A stretch of 64,000 bases of DNA from Deltaproteobacteria bacterium (GTDB taxonomy: Bacteria; Desulfobacterota; Binatia; Bin18). Positions within the stretch are counted from its first letter, which is position 1, and each line of letters starts with the position of its first letter. The stretch lies in NCBI GenBank assembly GCA_016197285.1, contig JACPWD010000048.1:53025-117024 (forward strand), written 5' to 3'. Shown one piece after another: positions 18,717 through 27,140 of the stretch. Made by a program: the position numbers and the translations under genes. The notes below the pieces were generated by a model, which worked only from the letters and a program-made list of their open reading frames with translations, had not been told where the DNA came from and did no database searches.

Positions 18717-18814
18717 CGGCACGTCTCCAGTCCCCTTTCCTTGTCCGTGTATAGGATCGCGTCTCAAGGGTCCACCAGCCGAGACATGATATTGCGTCAT
18801 TTGTTCGTGGAGTC

Positions 18815-18882
18815 ATCGATAAAGCCAATGTCTTCAATCGCTCAATGGTCCGATGACTCAATGGCTCAATTCTTCAATCAAC
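18815..18882. repeat. TCAATGG/GACTCAAT word repeat, locus 1
   Basis: CAATGTCTTCAATCGCTCAATGGTCCGATGACTCAATGGCTCAATTCTTCAATCAA. The same words recur at 21022-21124. Confidence 0.65.
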
Positions 18883-19055
18883 GCTTTCGCCTCTTTCATA
18901 TCTACCGTATCAAACTCTTCGGCAAACCAGATGTAAACCTCGGATAACATCGTGCGTGCTGCGTGCCTTGCTGCCGCCATAGCCGAGCGAGGCTGACCGT
19001 GGCGCGGAGTTCGAGGGATTTCGCTTGCCGCTGATGGGCGTGGAGGCAAAAAATT
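18858..19055 (-). pseudogene. C-terminal remnant of cyclase/AAA/TPR signalling protein (frameshifted)
   Basis: Two frames together read AKSLELRATVSLARLWRQQG...//...MLSEVYIWFAEEFDTVDMKEAKALIEEL. This is colinear with the C-terminus of 50043-50690. A ~40-nt stretch is near-identical to one in 50200-50240. Confidence 0.7.
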
Positions 19056-19156
19056 CTGGGACCTTCTCCACTCCGCTGGGCCACTCCCCTGGTGCTCGCC
19101 TCATTGACAGGGGGCACATCTCCACAGGATAATCGCCTGGTCAGAGGAGGGGTCCC

Positions 19157-20482
19157 ATGCGCGGTGTTCGCCTGCTGGTTCTCAGTGTCATCTGGGTCTG
19201 CTCGTTTTTCCTTATTCTCGATCGCGTGAATATCTCGCTCGCCGCCCCGCGCATCATGGATGAACTCAAGTTCGACGGCACCCATATGGGGCTGATCCTC
19301 AGCATTTACTACTGGGGATATTTACTCGGACACTTCGGCAGCGGCTTGGTGAGCGATCGGGTGCGGCTCCGTCGCGTCACTGGGTGGATGATTTTCATTT
19401 GGAGCATGCTGACCGCGCTCACCGGGGCCTGTACGGCGCTGTGGCAGTTCGGCGTCGTTCGCTTGCTTTTCGGCGTGTCCGAAGGAGCCACCGCGAATCT
19501 GAACCATAAGTTGCAGAATAACTGGTTGCTGCCCAGCGAGCGTGGACGCGCCTATGGCATCTTCATCGGCTGCGCGTACCTGGGCATCGCTTTCGGCATG
19601 CCCATGGTGGGCTGGATGATTAGCACGTGGAACTGGCGGGTCATGTTCCTGATGGTCGGGCTACTGACTTTGGCAATGCTGGCGCTGTTCGTCGTGGTGA
19701 TTCGCGATCATCCCCATCTGCACCCCTGGCTTTCGGAAGAGGAGAAACGCGATTTCCAAGCAACCCTTGCGCAGGGACGAGTCGAACTGGACGCTCAGGG
19801 ACATGACGACAGCGAGATCCCCTTGCGCGAACGGATTGCGGCGCTCGCGAGTATCCGCGCCTTCTGGTTCCTGTGTATCGCTTCCTTTTTTGCTATCGGC
19901 GTCTACTTCACGGCCATGAGCTGGCTGCCTGGGTACCTGGTCAAAGAACGCGGCTTCACGATTCTGAATAGCGGCATCTATTTGATCATCCCGTATCTGG
20001 CGGCGTTCGCGGGCATGTTCTTCGGCGGCACGCTGGGCGACCGTTTTGGCAACCGCAGTCTCATAGCGCTGATTACCGGTATCCTCACCTTCCCCGCGCT
20101 GCTCGGTTTGGCGTGGAGCGAAGGCGTGTTCATGACCATTCTGATGATGAGCGTCGCATTGTTCCTGAATTCTGCCGCCGTCAACGGTATTGCCGTTCTG
20201 GTGTTCGACCTCATTCCAGCCCAAGTCTTCGGCACGGCGATCGGCACAGTAGGCGGCTTAGCCGGTGGACTCGGCGGCGTGCTCGGCCCGCTGCTACTTG
20301 GCTATTTGTACGATCGAACCGGCACGTTCTTCTGGGGATTTCTCGTCCTTGGCCTGAGTGCAGTTGCCGGTGGTCTCATCTTATTGCCCGTGATTGGAGA
20401 CGAACGTAGAGTTAAACAAGAAAAGGCCAGACAGCAGGCGACGGTTGCCGCGCCGGCCGTCATGGAAGCCGCGTCCTCATAG
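19157..20482 (+). CDS. MFS transporter
   Basis: GGAGGGG RBS. It has 12 predicted TM helices in 6+6 arrangement with a central loop, and a DRVRLRR-type motif after TM2. Confidence 0.85.
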   Translation: MRGVRLLVLSVIWVCSFFLILDRVNISLAAPRIMDELKFDGTHMGLILSIYYWGYLLGHFGSGLVSDRVRLRRVTGWMIFIWSMLTALTGACTALWQFGVVRLLFGVSEGATANLNHKLQNNWLLPSERGRAYGIFIGCAYLGIAFGMPMVGWMISTWNWRVMFLMVGLLTLAMLALFVVVIRDHPHLHPWLSEEEKRDFQATLAQGRVELDAQGHDDSEIPLRERIAALASIRAFWFLCIASFFAIGVYFTAMSWLPGYLVKERGFTILNSGIYLIIPYLAAFAGMFFGGTLGDRFGNRSLIALITGILTFPALLGLAWSEGVFMTILMMSVALFLNSAAVNGIAVLVFDLIPAQVFGTAIGTVGGLAGGLGGVLGPLLLGYLYDRTGTFFWGFLVLGLSAVAGGLILLPVIGDERRVKQEKARQQATVAAPAVMEAASS

Positions 20483-20561
20483 CACGCGATCCTCGATCCT
20501 GGGCCTAGGCATTTCGAGTTTTGCGTTGATTTGACTTTGTTCTCATAAGGAGGGTTCTCGT

Positions 20562-21017
20562 ATGATCACTAAAGGCGTTTCTCACATTGCGATCGGCGTC
20601 CGCAACATGGACAGGTCGCTCGCGTTCTACCGCGACCAATTGGGCTTCCAGGTCGTGCGTGACGAAGTCCAGAAGACGAAGGGCACGGTGCTTCCCGCTG
20701 TCTACAAGGACGCCCACGAAGAGCGGCGAGTTGCCACGCTCTACTGGAAGAGGGGGAAAGACGAGGCGTTTCTCGTGCTGTCCGAACACAACGACAAGCC
20801 GGTGAGCGGTGAAGCCATCAAACTCGACCAGATCGGCATCCACCACTTTGCCTTCTGGGTCGAGAATCTTCCCAAAGTCTACGAAGAACTGAAAGCCAAA
20901 GGCGTCGCATTCGTCGTGCCGCCAAGTGTGACCAAGACGGCCGACGGCAACTTTAACAGTGCCTTCGTCGTCGATCCGGACGGTATTCTCGTGCAGCTTG
21001 ATGAGCTGGTGGAATAA
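20562..21017 (+). CDS. VOC family protein (glyoxalase/bleomycin-resistance/dioxygenase fold)
   Basis: AAGGAGGG RBS. HIAIGVRNMDRSLAFYRDQLGF and HHFAFWVENL are the paired beta-alpha-beta-beta-beta module motifs. Confidence 0.8.
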   Translation: MITKGVSHIAIGVRNMDRSLAFYRDQLGFQVVRDEVQKTKGTVLPAVYKDAHEERRVATLYWKRGKDEAFLVLSEHNDKPVSGEAIKLDQIGIHHFAFWVENLPKVYEELKAKGVAFVVPPSVTKTADGNFNSAFVVDPDGILVQLDELVE

Positions 21018-21021
21018 CGCG

Positions 21022-21124
21022 GTCAATTGAATCATCGGGTCATCGGGTCATTGAATTATTGATTTGGACAATGGTTCGATCTTTCAATGGCTCGATGACT
21101 CAATCTCTCAATGACTCAATTGCA
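21022..21124. repeat. TCAATGG/GACTCAAT word repeat, locus 2
   Basis: CATCGGGTCATCGGGTCATTGAAT...TTCAATGGCTCGATGACTCAATCTCTCAATGACTCAATTG. Confidence 0.65.
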
Positions 21125-21134
21125 CGAGGTTTCC

Positions 21135-22484
21135 ATGCCTACCCCCTACACGTTCACCATCGTCCAAGCCGCAGAACAACTGCGCGCCCGTCAGCTTTCA
21201 CCAGTCGAACTGGTGCGTTCGTGTTTGGAGCGCATCGACCACCTGGAGCCACGTTTACACGCCTGGGTGACTGTAGACCGCGACGGAGCACTGGCGGCGG
21301 CGCGACAGTGTGAAGACGAAATACGCGGCGGACAGTATCGTGGACCATTGCATGGCATTCCCGTCGGTCTGAAAGACATCTTCTATACCAAGGGGCTGAA
21401 GACCACGGTGGGGTCGCCCATCTACGCCGATTTCGTGCCGGATTATGACGCGACCGTCGTGCAAAAACTGCGGGAGGCCGGAGCCATCGTTCTGGGGAAA
21501 GCGCAAACCACGGAGTTCGCCGCGCTCAAGCCCTCACCCACGCATAACCCTTGGAACCTGGAGCACACGCCAGGCGGATCGAGTAGCGGTTCGGCAGCAG
21601 CAGTGGCGACCGCTATGTGTCCAGCCGCGTTGGGCTCGCAAACCTACGGCTCCACCATTCGACCGGCGGCCTATTGCGGTTGTGTCGGACTGAAGCCGAC
21701 CTACGGGCGAGTGAGCGCCTACGGCATGTTCGCCTTGTGTTGGAATCTCGATCATGTGGGGCTGTTCACGCGCACGGTGCGCGACGCGGCGATTCTCTTG
21801 TTCGCGCTGGCCGGCGACGATCCCCACGACCCGGCGTGCACATCTTTGCCGGTGCCAGATTACCGCTCGGCCTCGTTCAATCCTTTGCCGCCGCGTATCG
21901 GCCTGATACGCGATTTCTTCTTGGAGAAGGCGACCCCCGAGACGCGACAGCACGTGGAAGCCGCAGCCGAGCAGTTTGCCCGCGCGGGCGCAGCGGTCGA
22001 AGAAGTGCGACTGCCGGAAAGTTTCGTCGGCGAACCTGAGGCGCATTTCAAGATGCTCTACGCCGAAGCCGCCGTGTCGCACGCCGCCGTCTATGCGCAA
22101 CACAAGGAACGTTACAGTCCGCAGATGCAGGACTTGATCGAAAAAGGGAAACTCATTTCAACCACGGAATACGTCACGCTGCGGCGACACCAGCAACGTT
22201 TCCGCCACGACATGGAGGCGCTCTGTCGATCCGTGGATGTGCTGCTGACGCCTTCCACACCCGCGCCGGCGCCCAAGGGCTTGGATTCGACCGGCGACCC
22301 ATCATTCAACGGACCCGCCAGCTTCAGCGGCCACCCCAGCCTCAACCTGCCCTCGGGACTCAGCGCCGACGGCTTGCCCTTTGGCATACAGCTCATGAGC
22401 GCCGCGTTCCGCGAGGATAAGTTGATCGCGGCGGGGCAGTGGTGCGAAACTGTGCTGGATTTTCGGCAAGGGCCGACATTGTAA
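21135..22484 (+). CDS. amidase-signature (AS) family amidase
   Basis: It has GGSSSGSAAAV and a catalytic-Lys context (GIPVGLKD). I prefer the start at MPTPY because the ATG at 21111 lies inside the repeat. Confidence 0.85.
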   Translation: MPTPYTFTIVQAAEQLRARQLSPVELVRSCLERIDHLEPRLHAWVTVDRDGALAAARQCEDEIRGGQYRGPLHGIPVGLKDIFYTKGLKTTVGSPIYADFVPDYDATVVQKLREAGAIVLGKAQTTEFAALKPSPTHNPWNLEHTPGGSSSGSAAAVATAMCPAALGSQTYGSTIRPAAYCGCVGLKPTYGRVSAYGMFALCWNLDHVGLFTRTVRDAAILLFALAGDDPHDPACTSLPVPDYRSASFNPLPPRIGLIRDFFLEKATPETRQHVEAAAEQFARAGAAVEEVRLPESFVGEPEAHFKMLYAEAAVSHAAVYAQHKERYSPQMQDLIEKGKLISTTEYVTLRRHQQRFRHDMEALCRSVDVLLTPSTPAPAPKGLDSTGDPSFNGPASFSGHPSLNLPSGLSADGLPFGIQLMSAAFREDKLIAAGQWCETVLDFRQGPTL

Positions 22485-22488
22485 TACG

Positions 22489-22920
22489 CTAGCTCACCAA
22501 CAACGCTACCCCAGCGACAATCATCGCAGTACCGATCGCGTCGGCCACAGAAACGTGCTCTTCGCCCTTGAGGGTGAAGTGGCTGAGCGTCACCGTGACC
22601 AGCGGCGCGGCCGCGGTGAGCGGTGCCACGACGGACGCAGGTATGTATTGATGCGCGGCGAAGAAGGCAAAGACGCCCAGAGTGGAACACAAGCCGGCAA
22701 GACCAAAGTACACGCTCACCCACCGTGGGAGTCCGAACAGGGCGCTTCCTTGTCCGCTGCACAGAAAGTAGCCCAGATACACGACGGTGCTGGCGGTCAT
22801 ACCGATGCAGGCACCGAGCAGGGGCTCGTTACTGATGCGGAGACCGAATTTGATGAAAATAGGATTGGTGCTGTAACACAACGCCGCGAGCAAAGGGAAG
22901 AAGAGGTCTCTGAGGGCCAT
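22489..22920 (-). CDS. EamA/DMT transporter, C-terminal half (5 TM)
   Basis: A single EamA-like repeat. It is in the same frame as the upstream half, separated from it by one TAA plus two codons. Confidence 0.6.
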   Translation of the reverse strand: MALRDLFFPLLAALCYSTNPIFIKFGLRISNEPLLGACIGMTASTVVYLGYFLCSGQGSALFGLPRWVSVYFGLAGLCSTLGVFAFFAAHQYIPASVVAPLTAAAPLVTVTLSHFTLKGEEHVSVADAIGTAMIVAGVALLVS

Positions 22921-22926
22921 GCGGAT

Positions 22927-23418
22927 TTACCCTTCGACTTCGCCACTCACGTGGCTATGCTCAGGGCGAACGGATGGAAGCTGTCTCCCTCCCCGCAATT
23001 GCCCGGTGAGCACGACAATCCCGCCGACGATGCAAAGCACGCCCAGTAGGATCTTGAGGGTGATGTGTTCGTGGAGAAAGACGAGGGCGAGCGCGGTGGT
23101 GAATAGCGGGGAGGAGTTGATGAGCGGTGTAGCGCGAGCGGCACCGAGCCGTTGCACGCCGATGTAGTTAAACAGTCGTCCCAAACACGGACCGAGTACT
23201 CCCACCGCCGCGAACCACAGGGCGGCTTGCGGTGCGACCGCTTGCCATACCGGGCGGGGATGGAATAGGAACACACCAGCCAACAACGGGATACCTGCTA
23301 ACAGGCCGACAACCACGGCGACCGACGGACCCGCGTGCGCGAACCCTTTGCGCACGAAAACGGGAATCGTTCCCCATAACACCGCTGACGTGAGCGCAAG
23401 ACACTCGCCATACCACAT
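22927..23418 (-). CDS. EamA/DMT transporter, N-terminal half (5 TM)
   Basis: Start preceded by GGAGG. It is a single EamA-like repeat (LTSAVLWGTIPVFVRKG ... PLFTTALALVFLHEHITL). Confidence 0.6.
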   Translation of the reverse strand: MWYGECLALTSAVLWGTIPVFVRKGFAHAGPSVAVVVGLLAGIPLLAGVFLFHPRPVWQAVAPQAALWFAAVGVLGPCLGRLFNYIGVQRLGAARATPLINSSPLFTTALALVFLHEHITLKILLGVLCIVGGIVVLTGQLRGGRQLPSVRPEHSHVSGEVEG

Positions 23419-23490
23419 GCAACCTCCTCGGAGTCTTCGGTTTGGTTGTTGGCCATCGTATTCGGCACGGTCCGACGGCAAACTTCGGTT

Positions 23491-24216
23491 TCAGTCGGAA
23501 CCGTTGCCGGGCAGAGATGGTGCCAATCTGTCGGCCAGGATACGGTACACTTCGCGGTTCACGATCAAGCCGATATGGCGGCCCGAGACTTCGCGGTTGT
23601 CTCCATCGGGATCGAGGCTGGAACGCCAATCGACGATCTCGTCTTCCTTGGTAAAGATCGACGTGAAGTGCACGTCTTTAGGCAGCGGAGCGAAGACAGT
23701 CCGGGCAAAGTTGCAGGAGCATTGCGCGCTCCCACAGGCGGAAGCGGTGCGACCGGCCAGAAGTCGCAAGGGCTGCAACGCCTGAAAGGCCAGCGACGCG
23801 AGTGGATGCACGCGCATATCGGGAGTCAGCGGCGCGCCCAACGTAACGACGCGATGAATCCGGTCGGGAAAATTCGCGCCGAGAAAGCGCGCCAAAGTGC
23901 CCCCCAAACTGTGGCCGATAACCGTGACCGGCTCACTGGTCTCTTTGCGGATTGCGTCCAGTCGCCAGCGCAAGCGTTCGCTCGTGCGATTGGGGCAATC
24001 CACGTTCCAGTTGATGCCCGAAAAATACGGTCGGTACCCGAGGCGGCGCAACCAGCCCGCCAGCACTAACAATGTCCAGTCGCCCCCCAAAAACCCGGGG
24101 ATCAATAAAATTGGTTGGCCTTGTCCCTTGGGGTTGTCGGCACCGTAATAAATAGGGTCGCGTACCAAAGAGCAAAACTGGAGCAGGTAATCACAAGGAG
24201 AAGGGGACCACGACAT
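23491..24216 (-). CDS. alpha/beta hydrolase (lipase class 2 / PGAP1-like esterase)
   Basis: Start preceded by GCGGAGGA. It has PILLIPGF and the nucleophile elbow GHSLGG. Confidence 0.7.
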   Translation of the reverse strand: MSWSPSPCDYLLQFCSLVRDPIYYGADNPKGQGQPILLIPGFLGGDWTLLVLAGWLRRLGYRPYFSGINWNVDCPNRTSERLRWRLDAIRKETSEPVTVIGHSLGGTLARFLGANFPDRIHRVVTLGAPLTPDMRVHPLASLAFQALQPLRLLAGRTASACGSAQCSCNFARTVFAPLPKDVHFTSIFTKEDEIVDWRSSLDPDGDNREVSGRHIGLIVNREVYRILADRLAPSLPGNGSD

Positions 24217-24404
24217 CGTTCCTCCGCTGCACGAGCAGTCGAATTTGTTTCGGGTTCGCAACGTAGCATACGGAGGCAAGCCTGTTGAGTGCTGGTGACG
24301 AGGCCTGCCTCATGACTCGTCTGATGGAGGCACCCACATGGGTTTCTGGGGATGACCTTGGCAAACAGCCATGCTAGTAGCTGAAAGCCACGGGAGGAGA
24401 CCGC

Positions 24405-25184
24405 ATGGCAGAAGCGGCTTGGTGGACTATTCATGGAACGCAGCTCGAAGTCATCGAACACGGCCAAGGTCGGCCTGTGGTGGTGCTGCACGGCGAAGAC
24501 GGGCCAAACTCTTGCTCGCCCTTCCTCAATCACTTGGCAACGCTCGGGCGTGTGATCGCCCCTTCGCACCCCGGGTTCGGTCATTCTCCCGATAGCGAGT
24601 CCATCGACACGGTTGACGATCTCTCGTACCTCTACCTCGATCTTCTTGCCGAGCGCAATCTGCGCGATGTCGTACTGATCGGCTGTTCTTTAGGCGGGTG
24701 GATCGCCGCCGAAACCGCAATCAAAAGTACTGCGCGTATCGCCAAGCTCGTATTGGTATCTCCGCTAGGGATCAAGGTGGGCGACCGCGAGACGCGCGAT
24801 ATTCCCGATATCTTCGCGCTGTCGGCAGAGGAAATCGCGCGCCTCAAATATCATGACCCCTCCCGCGCAGTAGTGGACTATCCTGCGCTTTCCGACGATG
24901 AGCTGACCGTCATCGCGCGCAATCGCGAGGCAACGGCGTTGTACGCCTGGGAACCCTATTTTCACAATCCGAAATTGCGGCGGCGCCTGCGCCGGATCGC
25001 CATTCCCAGCCTCCTGCTCTGGGGCGCGAGCGACCGGTTCGTCACGCCGGAGTATTATGGCGCTGCCTATCGGGACGCCATTCCCGGTGCTCGACTTGCG
25101 GTCATCGAACGAGCGGGACATCTGCCCCAGCTTGAACAGCCTGAGGCCTGTGTCGAGCACATCCGTCAGTTTCTGAACGCTTAA
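24405..25184 (+). CDS. alpha/beta hydrolase (meta-cleavage-product hydrolase BphD-like)
   Basis: GGGAGGAG RBS. It has VVVLHG, the elbow GCSLGG, and a C-terminal GHLPQLEQPE (catalytic His context). Confidence 0.75.
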   Translation: MAEAAWWTIHGTQLEVIEHGQGRPVVVLHGEDGPNSCSPFLNHLATLGRVIAPSHPGFGHSPDSESIDTVDDLSYLYLDLLAERNLRDVVLIGCSLGGWIAAETAIKSTARIAKLVLVSPLGIKVGDRETRDIPDIFALSAEEIARLKYHDPSRAVVDYPALSDDELTVIARNREATALYAWEPYFHNPKLRRRLRRIAIPSLLLWGASDRFVTPEYYGAAYRDAIPGARLAVIERAGHLPQLEQPEACVEHIRQFLNA

Positions 25185-25203
25185 AGAAGAACGAGGTTGA
25201 CCC

Positions 25204-26361
25204 ATGCGCGCCTGGCATTTCAGCGAAAATGCGTACCACCTGTTGCCCGATGCCAAAGAGTATGACTCGATCCGGGTGACATTACCGAACCGCTACTACG
25301 ACCCGAAAATCGGTGCTGACCTGTATCATCGCTTCATCGACGAGTGGCTGATCGCAGAAGAACTCGGTCTGGAGATCATGGTCAACGAGCACCACCAGAC
25401 CGCGACCAATCTGAATCCCGCCGCGCCCATCATCATGGGTATTCTGGCGCGCGAGACCAAAACCGCGCGTCTCCTCCTGCTAGGCAACCCCATTACCAAC
25501 CGGCGCGACCCGGTGCGCGTGGCCGAGGAAATGGCGATGGTGGATGTGTATTCCCGGGGCCGGCTGGAGTGCGGTTTCGTTCGTGGCGTTCCGTACGAAC
25601 TCTCTGCTGGGAATCATCGCCCCACCAAAATGATGGAACGTTTTTGGGAGGCGCACGATCTCATCCTCAAAGCCTGGACCAGCCACGATGGGCCGTTCAA
25701 TTGGGAAGGCAAATACTTTCAACACCGGCAAGTGAACGTGTGGCCGCGCCCGTATCAGCAGCCGCATCCGCCGGTGTGGATTACGGCCCTGAGTCCCGCC
25801 AGCGCGCGCCAAGTCGCGGAGCACGGCTATGTGGCCGCGTGTTTCCTGACCGGTTTTGACGGTACCCGCTTGGTGTTCGACACCTATCGAGCGCGTCGGG
25901 CTGAGCTGGGGTTGCCGGCTCCGGTGGCGGATCGCTTTGCCTATGCCGCGCTGGTCTATACGGGAGAGACCGACGAAGAAGGATACGCCGGTGCGCGCAA
26001 GTTAATGTGGTACGTAGAAGCGAACAAAGTGCCGCTCCAGTTCACCAACCCGCCCGGCTATCATCCGGTCGCGGCGGCAGCCAACGCCCTGAAAGGCGCG
26101 GCGGGTTCGGGGATTTTCAAGCTGTTCCAAAATCCCTCGCTCGAAGCCTTCATGGAAAACGGGCTAGTCTTCGCCGGCAACCCGGACTCGGTGTATCGTC
26201 AGATCGCGAAAATGCACCACCACGTCGGCGGATTCGGGCATTTACTGCTCATGGGACAGGCAGGATTCCTCGAACATGACGAAACGGTCAAAGGCATGAA
26301 GCTCTTCTCCCGGGAAGTGTATCCGCGCTTGAAAGAACTCGGCCCGGTCGTGGTCCCGTAA
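25204..26361 (+). CDS. LLM-class flavin-dependent oxidoreductase (luciferase-like monooxygenase)
   Basis: A 385-aa TIM-barrel type. VNEHHQT and NPITNRRDPVRVAEEMAMVD are typical LLM motifs. Confidence 0.75.
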   Translation: MRAWHFSENAYHLLPDAKEYDSIRVTLPNRYYDPKIGADLYHRFIDEWLIAEELGLEIMVNEHHQTATNLNPAAPIIMGILARETKTARLLLLGNPITNRRDPVRVAEEMAMVDVYSRGRLECGFVRGVPYELSAGNHRPTKMMERFWEAHDLILKAWTSHDGPFNWEGKYFQHRQVNVWPRPYQQPHPPVWITALSPASARQVAEHGYVAACFLTGFDGTRLVFDTYRARRAELGLPAPVADRFAYAALVYTGETDEEGYAGARKLMWYVEANKVPLQFTNPPGYHPVAAAANALKGAAGSGIFKLFQNPSLEAFMENGLVFAGNPDSVYRQIAKMHHHVGGFGHLLLMGQAGFLEHDETVKGMKLFSREVYPRLKELGPVVVP

Positions 26362-26403
26362 GCGCGTCTACCGATCCCGCCTCCCATTTCGCGATCCACG
26401 TCT

Positions 26404-26952
26404 TCACCGTTGCACTTGCTGCTGCCCGCGTTTGGCGATCTCCTCGGCTTGTTGCCGTGCTTTGTCGGTGCTGCCTCCCAGAAAGCTCGGCGCTTTTTCA
26501 TAGTACTCTTGCAGGTCCGCCCGAGCGGCGAGATTGTCCGGGTTCAGTGCCACCGCCCGCTCGAAATGCTTTTTGACTTTCAGGGCCAGAAAAGGCTGCA
26601 CCAGCACATTCGAGCGTAGAGCTTGATGTCCATACGCTCTTCCCAACCATAAGTGGAAGTCCGAGTTGGTTTCATTCAACTGCACGGCTTTCGTGAACTG
26701 CTCAATGGCGCGGTCGTACTGCTGCTCTTCGAAGGCGAAGCGGCCAAAGTAGAAAACCCCCACTGGATTCTCGGGATATGTCTGAACGAACGCCTCGAAG
26801 AACTGGCGCGCTTCAAGTAACTGCCCGCGCTCGAACAACTGCACGCCGACAGTCACCGGCTCACTCTCCTGTGCTGCAACGATTGAGACAGACAAAAGTA
26901 GCCAGCAAAAAAAGACCAGAACAGAACGCTTGACATTCGTACACTTTACCAT
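26404..26952 (-). CDS. secreted TPR-repeat protein
   Basis: Start at MVKCTNVKRSVLVFFCWLLLSVSIVAAQ, which is a signal peptide. The longer track ORF extends only by translating a REP element. TPR-like A/Y/F-spaced helices are present. Confidence 0.6.
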   Translation of the reverse strand: MVKCTNVKRSVLVFFCWLLLSVSIVAAQESEPVTVGVQLFERGQLLEARQFFEAFVQTYPENPVGVFYFGRFAFEEQQYDRAIEQFTKAVQLNETNSDFHLWLGRAYGHQALRSNVLVQPFLALKVKKHFERAVALNPDNLAARADLQEYYEKAPSFLGGSTDKARQQAEEIAKRGQQQVQR

Positions 26953-26968
26953 GTAACCATTTAGGTGT

Positions 26969-27047
26969 GTCATTCTGAGCGGAGCGAAGAATCTCGCGTT
27001 ATCCCTGCCAGCTTGAGATTCCTCGTCGCTACGCTTCTCGGAATGAC
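26969..27047. repeat. REP/MITE-like pair
   Basis: GTCATTCTGAGCGGAGCGAAGAATCTC ... GAGATTCCTCGTCGCTACGCTTCTCGGAATGAC. Confidence 0.75.
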
Positions 27048-27140
27048 AACCCGTCGAATCGCTTGGGTAAGCTACCGGATGGCCGAACGCTTTCATACGA
27101 GATCGTCTGCTCACTAACGACTACAAACTACAAACAACTG

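Noticed and set aside
26953-27114. An N-terminal extension of the TPR protein ORF (the track start at 27114).
   Set aside because: The extension is simply the translation of the REP pair at 26969-27047 (CHSEKRSDEES..., FFAPLRMT). The real start is the Met preceding the signal peptide, at 26952.
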